From an uncultured Pseudomonadota bacterium (GTDB taxonomy: Bacteria > Pseudomonadota > Alphaproteobacteria > Rs-D84): a DNA stretch of 64,000 nucleotides. Both the position numbers and the translations under genes were made by a program. Below the pieces are notes generated by a model that saw only the letters and a list, made by a program, of their open reading frames with translations, was not told the origin of the DNA and did no database searches. Each line of letters begins with the position of its first letter. Position 1 is the stretch's first letter. Below, in pieces: positions 20,109 through 28,914 of this stretch. Where the stretch lies: contig CADBVV010000007.1 in assembly GCA_902798205.1 (NCBI GenBank), positions 6,852-70,851 of the forward strand, in the 5' to 3' direction.

Positions 20109-20228
20109 ATTCCCAGTATATTATTTGGCGGATATTATTAACAATATTGAACAAAAATCAAGTATTTACAAAAAATTCAAAATAGTATTTGCTTTTTATA
20201 AAAATAAGTATATAATAACTTTCGTTTT

Positions 20229-20305
20229 CGGGGTGTAGCTCAGTCTGGTAGAGTACTTGGTTTGGGACCAAGGTGTCGAAGGTTCGAATCCTTTCGCCCC
20301 GACCA
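20229..20305 (+). tRNA. tRNA-Pro (anticodon TGG)
   Basis: cggggtgtagctcagtctggtagagtacttggtttgggaccaagg...ggttcgaatcctttcgccccgacca; cloverleaf with encoded CCA. Confidence 0.97.
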
Positions 20306-20311
20306 GATTAA

Positions 20312-20350
20312 ACAAAAAAAGACCGCTTTATGCGGTGTTTTTTTGTTTAA
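20312..20350 (+). terminator. Terminator after tRNA-Pro (centre of an extended inverted repeat)
   Basis: aaacaaaaaaagaccgc-tttat-gcggtgtttttttgttt. Confidence 0.8.
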
Positions 20351-20360
20351 CCTTTGGTTC

Positions 20361-20579
20361 GTCGGGGCGAAAGGATGCGCCAGAGCGCAGCGCATGGCGT
20401 ATACGAGAATACACAATTAAGAAAATTTTAAAAAATCGAAGTTCACGAGACTATGAGTTTGTGTTCACAAATGAAATGCAGTGAACACATTACGAATGAC
20501 CCACAGCCACATATTTATATATGAGCGAGGGATTTTTTAATTTTATTTATTGTGTATCGAGGAGGAAACGCCCCGACCA
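20361..20579. repeat. tRNA-linked palindromic element, copy 1
   Basis: 16-nt reverse complement of the tRNA-Pro 3' end (20361-20376); 29-nt core identical to 52226-52254; AT-rich inverted arms; 11-nt direct copy of the tRNA 3' end (20569-20579). Confidence 0.85.
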
Positions 20580-20699
20580 CGAAATTCAAAACCGCCATAT
20601 TTGGTGGTTCTGTTTTATGCTATTTTCTTGACCATTGGTATATTTTATAGTAAAAATAGGTTTAAAATCGCTTTGCAAATATACCAAGCGGAGATATAT

Positions 20700-21638
20700 A
20701 TGAAAAAAATTTTTATAGATGGCAGCAAAGGAACAACAGGTCTTCAAATATTTGAAAGACTTTCCCAAAGACGCGATATTGAACTTATCACCCTGCCCGA
20801 AGAACTTAGAAAATCACCAGATGCCAGAAAAGAAGCATTGAATCAATCGGATATTGCTTTTTTGTGTTTGCCTGATGCAGAAAGTATCGAAGCCGTTAAA
20901 ATGGTTGAAAATAAAAACACTGTTATCATAGATGCATCAACCGCACACAGAACAAATGACAATTGGACATATGGTTTTGCAGAATTACCAAATCAAGAAT
21001 ACAAAATCAGAAATTCTAAAAGAATTGCAAACCCTGGTTGCCATGCCAGTGGTTTTATCGCCCTGGTCGCACCATTGGTATATCAAAGATTGATATCTGC
21101 GGATACAATATTATCCGCATATTCTTTGACCGGATATTCTGGTGGTGGCAAGAAAATGATTGCAGAATATGAATCTGATGACAGACCAGACCTGTTTGAA
21201 GCACCAAGAATTTATGGACTTTCACAAAATCACAAACATTTGCCAGAAATGACAAAAATTTGCGGTTTGGAAAACGCCCCACTGTTTTCACCAATTGTTT
21301 CTTCTTTTTACAAAGGAATGACAACAGTTGTGTTTTTACCAGCAAAAGCATTGCGTGGTAATATCGAAGATATCAAACAAACATATAAATCATTATATGT
21401 AAATGGTTTGGTTCATTTTGCTGAAAACAATGATGAAAATGGTTTTATGTCTGCATCTGCATTCGCGGGTCGCGATGACATGGAAGTATCCGTATTTGGA
21501 AATAAAGACAGAATCACCCTGGTTTCAAGATTCGACAACCTTGGCAAAGGGGCATCTGGTTCTGCAATTGAAAATATGAACATTGTTATGGGATTAAAAA
21601 AATATACCGGATTGGTAACATCTAAAGGAGAAAGATAA
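20700..21638 (+). CDS. argC: N-acetyl-gamma-glutamyl-phosphate reductase
   Basis: IFIDGSKGTTG, DASTAHR, ANPGCHASG, DNLGKGASG; start set at ATG 20700 after a GGAG RBS. Confidence 0.95.
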   Translation: MKKIFIDGSKGTTGLQIFERLSQRRDIELITLPEELRKSPDARKEALNQSDIAFLCLPDAESIEAVKMVENKNTVIIDASTAHRTNDNWTYGFAELPNQEYKIRNSKRIANPGCHASGFIALVAPLVYQRLISADTILSAYSLTGYSGGGKKMIAEYESDDRPDLFEAPRIYGLSQNHKHLPEMTKICGLENAPLFSPIVSSFYKGMTTVVFLPAKALRGNIEDIKQTYKSLYVNGLVHFAENNDENGFMSASAFAGRDDMEVSVFGNKDRITLVSRFDNLGKGASGSAIENMNIVMGLKKYTGLVTSKGER

Positions 21639-21639
21639 T

Positions 21640-22854
21640 ATGAAAAGAGTTGATTGGGGCGTATGCGCCGCCACTGGATTCAAGGCATATGGTGTACATT
21701 GTGGAATAAGAAAAAACAAAACAAAAAAAGATTTATCTTTGATTTATTCTGATGTACCTGCTGATGCTGCCGCTGTATTCACAACTAATTTGGTCAAAGG
21801 CGCACCTTTGTTGGTCACCAAAGAACACCTTAAAGACGGCAAAGCACAAGCGATTATTTGCAACAGTGGTAATGCAAATACTTGCAATGCAAACGGTATC
21901 GAAATTGCCGAAGAAACATGCAAACTTATTGCCAATGAACTTCATATCCCTGCAGAAAATGTTATTGTTGGTTCCACCGGCGTTATTGGTCAACCAATGA
22001 GCATTGAACCATTTAAAAGTGGTATTCCAGAATTAGTTGCCGGATTAACCACCGAAGGCAGCCAAGATGCCGCACTGGGTATCATGACAACAGATACTAA
22101 ATTAAAAGAAATTGCTTTTGAATTTGAAATAGATGGAAAACCTTGCCATATTGGTGGTATTGCCAAAGGCAGTGGTATGATTCATCCAAATATGGCAACC
22201 ATGTTGGTTTATATCACATCTGATGTGAATATTGATTCTAAACTTTTGCAAAAAGCATTAAGCGATACAGTCGCAGATACTTTTAATATGATTTCTGTTG
22301 ATGGGGATACTTCGACAAATGATACCGTTGCAATTATGTCAAACGGTATGGCCGGCAACACCAGAATCACCGAAGAAAATGCGGACTATAACATTTTCCA
22401 AAATGCGTTGAATGATTTGATGGTTTACCTTTGCAGAAAAATCGCAAAAGACGGCGAAGGTGCAACAAAATTATTGGAATGCAAAGTTTCTGGTGCCACA
22501 ACAAAAGATATTGCCAGAACAGTTGCAAAAAGTGTGATTTGTTCATCATTGGTCAAGGCCGCCATGTTTGGTTCTGATGCAAACTGGGGTCGTGTTCTTT
22601 GTGCGATTGGATACAGCGGTGCAGATGTTGATGTCACAAAAGTTGATGTTTCTTTCAAAAGTGCCAAAGGCAGCATCGAAGTTTGCAAAGATGGTGCCGG
22701 GGTTCCTTTCTCGGAAGAAATTGCAAAAGAAATTTTATTAGAAGATGAAATTGAAATTTTGGTGTCTTTGAATTCCGGAGATGCTTCGGCAACTGCATAT
22801 GGATGCGATTTGACATATGATTATGTAAAAATTAACGGGGATTACAGAACCTAG
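21640..22854 (+). CDS. argJ: Bifunctional ornithine acetyltransferase / N-acetylglutamate synthase
   Basis: NSGNANTC, STGVIG, KGSGMIHPNMATML, DGDTSTND, DGEGATK, CDLTYDYVKINGDYRT. Confidence 0.97.
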   Translation: MKRVDWGVCAATGFKAYGVHCGIRKNKTKKDLSLIYSDVPADAAAVFTTNLVKGAPLLVTKEHLKDGKAQAIICNSGNANTCNANGIEIAEETCKLIANELHIPAENVIVGSTGVIGQPMSIEPFKSGIPELVAGLTTEGSQDAALGIMTTDTKLKEIAFEFEIDGKPCHIGGIAKGSGMIHPNMATMLVYITSDVNIDSKLLQKALSDTVADTFNMISVDGDTSTNDTVAIMSNGMAGNTRITEENADYNIFQNALNDLMVYLCRKIAKDGEGATKLLECKVSGATTKDIARTVAKSVICSSLVKAAMFGSDANWGRVLCAIGYSGADVDVTKVDVSFKSAKGSIEVCKDGAGVPFSEEIAKEILLEDEIEILVSLNSGDASATAYGCDLTYDYVKINGDYRT

Positions 22855-22876
22855 ATATTAACAATGGTTATATAAA

Positions 22877-24904
22877 ATGAATAAAGAAAAATCAGAAATT
22901 GTAAAACAGGTATCGCCATATCTCGAACGCTATAAAGATAAAATAGTGGTTGTGAAATATGGCGGTAATGCCATGATTAATGAAGAATTAAAACAACAGG
23001 TTATGGAAGACATTTCATTATTGTGGTCCATGGGGGTCAAAGTTGTTTTGGTTCATGGTGGTGGTCCTGAAATAAATTCTTTGATGGAAAGATTGGGACA
23101 TGTTCCGCAATTCATTGATGGGTTAAGAGTCACTGATAAAGAAACAGTTGATATTGTTCAAATGGTTTTGGCCGGCAAAGTCAACAAAGGTCTGGTAAAT
23201 CTGTTGGGCAAAAACGGCAGCAAAGCAATCGGTTTGTCTGGTATGGATGGCGGAATGCTGATGTGCAAACAAAAAGATGAAAGATTGGGTTTTGTTGGCG
23301 ATGTAGAAAAAGTCAACCCACAACCTATTCTTGATTTGATTGAAAAAGGTTATATACCTGTTATTTCAACTGTCGGGGCAGATGCAAAAGGCAATGTTTA
23401 CAACATTAATGGCGATACCGCTACTTCCTATATTGCGGGTGCATTAAATGCAGAAAGATTAATCATGATGACCGACATTGCTGGAATATTACGCGACAAA
23501 GATGATCCATCTACACTTATTTCTGAAATCTCTGTTTCTGAATCTGCGAAATTAAAAACTGACGGAATAATTTCTGGTGGCATGATACCAAAGGTTGAAT
23601 GTGCGGTTAAAGCCGTTAATGCAGGCGTTAATAATGTCGCCATCATAGATGGACGTATTCCTCATTCAATTCTTAAAGAATTGGCATCAGATAAAGGAAC
23701 AGGAACAATAATTACCAAGGATAAAAAAATGAATATTCAAGAAATGGATAAAAAATATATTGCATCAACTTATAACAGATTTCCTGTGACTATTGTTTCA
23801 GGCAAAGGTTCAATTGCTGTTGATGTAAACGGTAAAAAATATATTGATATGGGTTCTGGAATCGGTGTGACCAGTTTTGGTTACTGCGATGAAATTTGGC
23901 AAAACGCAATAAGTGAACAAATTCATCTGGTGCAACATACTTCTAATTTATATTATACAGAACCATGTGCAAAATTGGCTGAAATTTTGGCAAAAAAGAC
24001 AGGTATGTCAAAAGTGTTCTTTTCTAATTCTGGGGCGGAAGCAAACGAATGTGCAATCAAAGCAGCCAGAAAATATGCATCTGAAACAAAAGGTAAAGAT
24101 TGCTATAATATCGTAACACTTTGGAACGGTTTCCATGGACGCACATTGACAACCCTGGCCGCGACAGGTCAAGAACATTATCATGAACTTTTCCAACCTT
24201 TGACCCAAGGGTTTAAACATATCCATGTTGGCGATATCAACGAATTAAAATCTGTTGATCCAAAAACAACAGCCGCGATTATGATTGAATGCATCCAAGG
24301 CGAAGGTGGTGTAAACGTTCTGCCAAAAGAATATGTAAAAGCAATCGAAAATTATTGCAAACAAAATAATATTTTGTTGATTGTCGATGAAGTGCAAACC
24401 GGTAACGGAAGAACAGGTGAATTTTATTCATATATGAATTACGGTATTAAACCAGATATTGTAAGTACAGCAAAAGGACTTGCCGGTGGATTGCCTATGG
24501 GTGCAACAATGCTGGGTGAAAAAGTGAAAGATGTTTTTGCTTTTGGTGATCATGGGTCAACTTTTGGTGGCAACCCTGTTGCAGCAGCAGCAGCCGTTTC
24601 AATTGTGAACAGAATTGATTCAAAATTACTGGGTGATGTAAAACAAAAAGGAAAGTTTATAAAAGATTTCTTTCAAAACAATCCTGATGTTGAACAAATA
24701 TCTGGTATGGGTTTAATGGTCGGTATCAAACCTGCAAATAAACCAGCCGCAGAAGTTGTAAAACAATGTATGGAAAAAGGTGTTCTTTGCCTTACTGCGA
24801 AAGACAAGGTAAGATTGTTACCTGCCCTGAATATCCCATTGGATACATTAAAAGAAGCATTAGAAATAATAAAATCTTCAATGGCAAAAACACAAACACG
24901 ATAA
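22877..24904 (+). CDS. argB: Fused acetylglutamate kinase (ArgB) and acetylornithine aminotransferase (ArgD)
   Basis: Residues 1-284: VVKYGGNAM, VHGGGP, NINGD, GGMIPK. From Met285 (23729): SNSGAEANE, FHGRT, DEVQTG, AKGLAGG, HGSTFGGNP. Confidence 0.93.
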   Translation: MNKEKSEIVKQVSPYLERYKDKIVVVKYGGNAMINEELKQQVMEDISLLWSMGVKVVLVHGGGPEINSLMERLGHVPQFIDGLRVTDKETVDIVQMVLAGKVNKGLVNLLGKNGSKAIGLSGMDGGMLMCKQKDERLGFVGDVEKVNPQPILDLIEKGYIPVISTVGADAKGNVYNINGDTATSYIAGALNAERLIMMTDIAGILRDKDDPSTLISEISVSESAKLKTDGIISGGMIPKVECAVKAVNAGVNNVAIIDGRIPHSILKELASDKGTGTIITKDKKMNIQEMDKKYIASTYNRFPVTIVSGKGSIAVDVNGKKYIDMGSGIGVTSFGYCDEIWQNAISEQIHLVQHTSNLYYTEPCAKLAEILAKKTGMSKVFFSNSGAEANECAIKAARKYASETKGKDCYNIVTLWNGFHGRTLTTLAATGQEHYHELFQPLTQGFKHIHVGDINELKSVDPKTTAAIMIECIQGEGGVNVLPKEYVKAIENYCKQNNILLIVDEVQTGNGRTGEFYSYMNYGIKPDIVSTAKGLAGGLPMGATMLGEKVKDVFAFGDHGSTFGGNPVAAAAAVSIVNRIDSKLLGDVKQKGKFIKDFFQNNPDVEQISGMGLMVGIKPANKPAAEVVKQCMEKGVLCLTAKDKVRLLPALNIPLDTLKEALEIIKSSMAKTQTR

Positions 24905-24917
24905 AAGGATTATTAAA

Positions 24918-25532
24918 ATGCCTATAAAAGTTATTACCCCAAGCAAACATACACACGGTGTTTTTATGTCCGCAAACACAATCAAGGACGTTTATATCAT
25001 TGAACCAAAGGCTTTCAAAGATGACCGCGGTTATTTTATGGAAAGTTTTAACAAACAAGATCTTGTAAACAACGGTATTATTAATACAGATTGTGAATTT
25101 ATCCAAGATAATGAATCTGAATCTTCATATGGTGTTATTCGTGGTATGCATATGCAATTGCCACCATATAACCAGGCCAAACTTGTTCGCGTTGTTAACG
25201 GCACAGTTTTGGATGTTATCGTTGATGCCAGACCTTGGTCAAAAACTTTTGGTGAATATGTAGCGGTGGAATTATCAGACAGTAATAAAAGACAATTATA
25301 TGTCCCACACTATTTCTTGCATGGGTTTGCGGTATTAAGCCCGAAAGCACGTTTTCTTTACAAAGTTGATGCACCATACAATAAACAATCTGAATTTGGT
25401 GTGTCTTATGACGATAAACAAATCGGGATAAATTGGCGGGCCCTGACAGGTATTGCCGCTGATAAAATCATAACTTCTGAAAAAGATAAAATTGCAAACA
25501 CACTGCAAGATTTAAAACAAAGATTAAGATAA
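24918..25532 (+). CDS. rfbC: dTDP-4-dehydrorhamnose 3,5-epimerase
   Basis: DDRGYFME, QDNESES, RGMHMQ, QAKLVRV, HGF, YKVD. Confidence 0.92.
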   Translation: MPIKVITPSKHTHGVFMSANTIKDVYIIEPKAFKDDRGYFMESFNKQDLVNNGIINTDCEFIQDNESESSYGVIRGMHMQLPPYNQAKLVRVVNGTVLDVIVDARPWSKTFGEYVAVELSDSNKRQLYVPHYFLHGFAVLSPKARFLYKVDAPYNKQSEFGVSYDDKQIGINWRALTGIAADKIITSEKDKIANTLQDLKQRLR

Positions 25533-25535
25533 AAA

Positions 25536-25949
25536 ATGACTAACGACAAAACAGTTAAAGTTGGGGTTGGTGTTTGGCTTTTTAATTCAAAAGGGTGGTT
25601 TTTATTGGGCAAACGACTTTCCAAACACGGCAATGGCACATGGGCACCCCCGGGTGGACATTTGGAATTTGGAGAAACACCAGAACAATGCGCATCACGC
25701 GAATTATTTGAAGAAACCGGATTACAAATACCTGCACATAAATTCAAAATCTGTGGTGTTACAAATGATTTTTTCAAAGAAGAAAATAAACATTATATAA
25801 CTGTGCATTGTCGCGTTTCTTATGATGGTGGAAAGATAGAAGTCAAAGAAAAAGACAAATGCGAAACATGGAAATGGTTTGATTTTGTAACATTGCCAAA
25901 ACCTTTGTTTTTATCAGCAGCGAATTTTATAAAACAAAAAACATTATAA
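25536..25949 (+). CDS. NUDIX hydrolase
   Basis: Nudix box GGHLEFGETPEQCASRELFEETGL. Confidence 0.92.
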   Translation: MTNDKTVKVGVGVWLFNSKGWFLLGKRLSKHGNGTWAPPGGHLEFGETPEQCASRELFEETGLQIPAHKFKICGVTNDFFKEENKHYITVHCRVSYDGGKIEVKEKDKCETWKWFDFVTLPKPLFLSAANFIKQKTL

Positions 25950-25995
25950 AAAAATATGCTTGTATAAATTTGCTAAAAAAACTACAATAAGTAAC

Positions 25996-26910
25996 ATGAA
26001 GAAAGGAATTTTCATTTTTCTTTTGTCGTTTTGTGCATGCGCTGATTCTTTTGCAGTGAATAATTTTAAACCACAAAAGTTTAATACTATAACTTCACAT
26101 TCTGACGTTTATCCATATGTATTGAATTATGCCCAATCTGGCACAACCGCAAATAATATTTCAAATACAGGTTCTGTATCTGCACGACGCGCGGTTGTTC
26201 CACGTTCCAAAAAGATTGTGCGCGCTGCATCAACGAATACATCATCACAACCACGACGCGTTGTTCAACGTTCTAATAATGCACGTGTTGCAACAAACAC
26301 CGCACCAATACGTAATAATGTGAACGTTAATCGAAATGTCAATGCACGTGCTGCGTCCCCTGTTCGTGCAAATGTTGTAAATGTTGCAACAACAAATACT
26401 TCTTCAAATGAAAGAGTTTCTTCACAGCGCTGCATGGCCGATTACAAAGAATGCATGGAAGGATATTGCAAACGAGAAGACACCGCATACAATCGTTGCT
26501 ATTGCAGTGCAAAATTAGCACAAATTGATGCAAAATATCAAAATAAAATCGATGAATTAATTCAACAGATTGTTCGTTTGCGCTATAATACTTCCACCGC
26601 AACCAGTGACGAAATTAAAGAATATTGGGATCAAACTGTCGGCGTTTATACTCATGACAATCCATGGGTTAACATAGATAATGCTTTGAACATAGAATGT
26701 GCAGACACACAAAGTCGTATTCGTGGACAAAATGCATTTAATACCGGTCATCAATATTGCACACAACATTTACGTGCTTGTTATTATATGGCTTCAAATT
26801 TACGTGATGCATATAAATCAGAAATTGCACGTGATTGCGAAGCGTATGAAAAAAGTCTGCGAAAAATACAAGACGCGGCTGAAAGTGTTATAGAGAGTTA
26901 TCATGATTAA
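25996..26910 (+). CDS. Secreted cysteine-rich protein related to the 10.2-15.5 kb operon
   Basis: Signal peptide; Arg/Ala/Val-rich linker; CMADYKECMEGYC...RCYC unit matching C-x3-Y-x2-C-M-x3-C. Confidence 0.75.
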   Translation: MKKGIFIFLLSFCACADSFAVNNFKPQKFNTITSHSDVYPYVLNYAQSGTTANNISNTGSVSARRAVVPRSKKIVRAASTNTSSQPRRVVQRSNNARVATNTAPIRNNVNVNRNVNARAASPVRANVVNVATTNTSSNERVSSQRCMADYKECMEGYCKREDTAYNRCYCSAKLAQIDAKYQNKIDELIQQIVRLRYNTSTATSDEIKEYWDQTVGVYTHDNPWVNIDNALNIECADTQSRIRGQNAFNTGHQYCTQHLRACYYMASNLRDAYKSEIARDCEAYEKSLRKIQDAAESVIESYHD

Positions 26911-27742
26911 GTTTTTTGGTGTTGAATATAGTCGTGGCGCAACAGCAAATATTATTCATGGCGGTCCAGCATTGGCGCCAAAGGCTGTTCAAAAAATGTT
27001 TCCAGATGCAGATTGGAAAATTATATCTCCTGATCCGATCAGTGATGATGATTGTATGGCAGATCGATTTGGTGATGCTTTCAATATGCATAAAAAAATA
27101 TATCCGAACACCCCGCATGCAAAACATATTTTTATTGGTGGCGATCACAGTGTGAATTTTTCACACTTTGCAGCAATCGCAGATCAATATCCGGACGAAG
27201 ATTTATGTTTGGTTTATTTTGATGCTCACCTGGATATTCACACACCCGAATCTTCCAAAGCAGAAGCATCTGGTGCTCCACATGGAACAAATGTTCGTCA
27301 TCTTTTGGGCGAAGGAGATGCACGTTGGTTAGCATTACCCAAAAGAACCCCTGTCTTAAAACCTGAAAATTTATTTTATTTTGGATCGCGTTCTTTTGAA
27401 CCATCTGAAATAAAATATGTGAAAGAAAATAATATATTTTATCGCACACCTGCACAATTACAAACAAAAGAAGATTGGAATCAAGCTTTTGCAGAGGTTC
27501 GCCATCGCATAGGAAACAAAAAATTTGTTATTTCTTTCGATTTTGATGGAATCGATGAAAAATATTTCAAAGATGTTTGGGTTCCAGAATCAAACGGACT
27601 TTCAATGGAATTCGCACGTGCCTTTATAAACGAATTTATCGATGCAATAAACTTTGAATTTGTAGAATGGGCTGTTTCAGGCGACAAAGAATCTGAAAAA
27701 GTCGCCAATGAATTAATCGGTATGGTTGCAGAAAAACAATAA
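26903..27742 (+). CDS. Arginase/agmatinase (ureohydrolase) family protein
   Basis: GGDHS, DAHLD, PHG and SFDFD Mn-binding motifs. Confidence 0.88.
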   Translation: MIKFFGVEYSRGATANIIHGGPALAPKAVQKMFPDADWKIISPDPISDDDCMADRFGDAFNMHKKIYPNTPHAKHIFIGGDHSVNFSHFAAIADQYPDEDLCLVYFDAHLDIHTPESSKAEASGAPHGTNVRHLLGEGDARWLALPKRTPVLKPENLFYFGSRSFEPSEIKYVKENNIFYRTPAQLQTKEDWNQAFAEVRHRIGNKKFVISFDFDGIDEKYFKDVWVPESNGLSMEFARAFINEFIDAINFEFVEWAVSGDKESEKVANELIGMVAEKQ

Positions 27743-27752
27743 AAATCCAATT

Positions 27753-28697
27753 TTATCTGATAAGCGTTTTTATATTCATATCCCAAAATATAGATAAGAC
27801 ACCACAAGCATTTTCAAAATCAGTCTTATCCACATTTGTTTTCATCTTGCAATAATATTCTTTAATTTCTGGTATTTCCATATTTCTGATTTTTCTAAAA
27901 ATCTTTCTTCCATTGTAAGACAGGTTTCCATATTCGGTTTTATATGTTTCACCAAAATCTATGCGTTTGCCATTTATGTAATTATCTTCACGTATTTCTG
28001 TGTGTGAAGTTTGATAAATAGTGCAATCTTCTGCACCCATAAACAAAACATTCATAGTATCTACAGGTTGATGCAATTTTTCTTCTTGCCATTTTGACAA
28101 CATGAAATTTCCACTAAATAAATTGGCCATATATACAGGGTTATTTCTTTTCGGTTCGCTTTTATTAGCACAAAAAGCCGTCATAATCTCAAACATAGCC
28201 CCATGCCCATAATCATATAATGCATACGGCGATAAATTTCTGAACACTTTTAATGCATAACTTACTTTCAATTCTGGGAAAGATATTCTATAAACATTTC
28301 CAGAAAGCCCACCTAGTTCACGATAAGCCATGTCATGCATTGGTAATAATATGGCCGTTTCCAAGATACATTTAGTATGAAATAATTTTTCCAAATCTTT
28401 TAGTTCGTATTCAATTTCATTACGTTCTGATAATTCTTCGCCTTTGTCCACAACAAAAAAATCCAACAATTCAAACATTTGTTTCGTTGTTTCAGATCTT
28501 TTATCTTTTTCTACAATTTTGCATAATTCAGGTGGCAAACAACCAATAAAATTTGAAATATCGCTTTTAAAAAAAGTATCGGACAAATCATAAAAGTTCA
28601 AAAGTTCAACCCCGTATCTTTTTACACTTTTTGTAAGATGTGTATGTTTGATACGTTGTTTTCTGTTCTCACACGAAGATAAAAATTTCTTTGTCAT
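27753..28697 (-). CDS. Protein-kinase-like fold protein (atypical)
   Basis: LGGLSGNVY, ALKVF, HTEIREDN and IDFG appear in canonical kinase order. Confidence 0.6.
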   Translation of the reverse strand: MTKKFLSSCENRKQRIKHTHLTKSVKRYGVELLNFYDLSDTFFKSDISNFIGCLPPELCKIVEKDKRSETTKQMFELLDFFVVDKGEELSERNEIEYELKDLEKLFHTKCILETAILLPMHDMAYRELGGLSGNVYRISFPELKVSYALKVFRNLSPYALYDYGHGAMFEIMTAFCANKSEPKRNNPVYMANLFSGNFMLSKWQEEKLHQPVDTMNVLFMGAEDCTIYQTSHTEIREDNYINGKRIDFGETYKTEYGNLSYNGRKIFRKIRNMEIPEIKEYYCKMKTNVDKTDFENACGVLSIFWDMNIKTLIR

Positions 28698-28703
28698 ACC
28701 AAT

Positions 28704-28731
28704 ATTATAGACAAATGAATGATATTGTCAA
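28704..28731 (-). promoter_or_regulatory. Sigma70-type promoter, probably giving a leaderless mRNA
   Basis: TTGACA (28726-28731), 16-nt spacer, TATAAT (28704-28709); the ATG begins at 28697. Confidence 0.7.
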
Positions 28732-28734
28732 TTT

Positions 28735-28914
28735 TTAATTTTCACATTTCAAATTATGTTTATAAATGTTACGTGCTAAATCATCACTGATATTTTCCCA
28801 ATCTGATGCATGTCCGTATAAAATATCACAATTACACGCCCTATTCTGTGATTGTGTATTTATCGCGCAAGATGCGACGAATGTCGCGAACACCAGTTTT
28901 ATAAACAGTTTCAT
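28735..28914 (-). CDS. Small lipoprotein, o-spanin (Rz1)-like; not in the supplied ORF track
   Basis: My translation (59 aa): MKLFIKLVFATFVASCAINTQSQNRACNCDILYGHASDWENISDDLARNIYKHNLKCEN. Lipobox VAS-C; overlaps the upstream gene by 74 bp in another frame. Confidence 0.72.
   Translation of the reverse strand: MKLFIKLVFATFVASCAINTQSQNRACNCDILYGHASDWENISDDLARNIYKHNLKCEN

Noticed and set aside
20351-20410. T-box riboswitch controlling the arg genes
   Set aside because: The TGGT near the inverted copy is absent from the tRNA-Gln copy, no T-box consensus or specifier stem is visible, and the cognate tRNA would be Pro rather than Arg.
20569-20579. Direct tRNA 3'-end repeats as attR sites of prophages or genomic islands (also 52333-52347)
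   Set aside because: They lie only about 180-275 bp from the tRNA, enclose no integrase or cargo, and are accompanied by an inverted copy, which ordinary att duplication does not produce.
20550-20699. 50-aa N-terminal extension of ArgC in the ORF track
   Set aside because: It runs through the non-coding element and a terminator-like hairpin; ATG 20700 has a GGAG RBS and gives the normal ArgC start.
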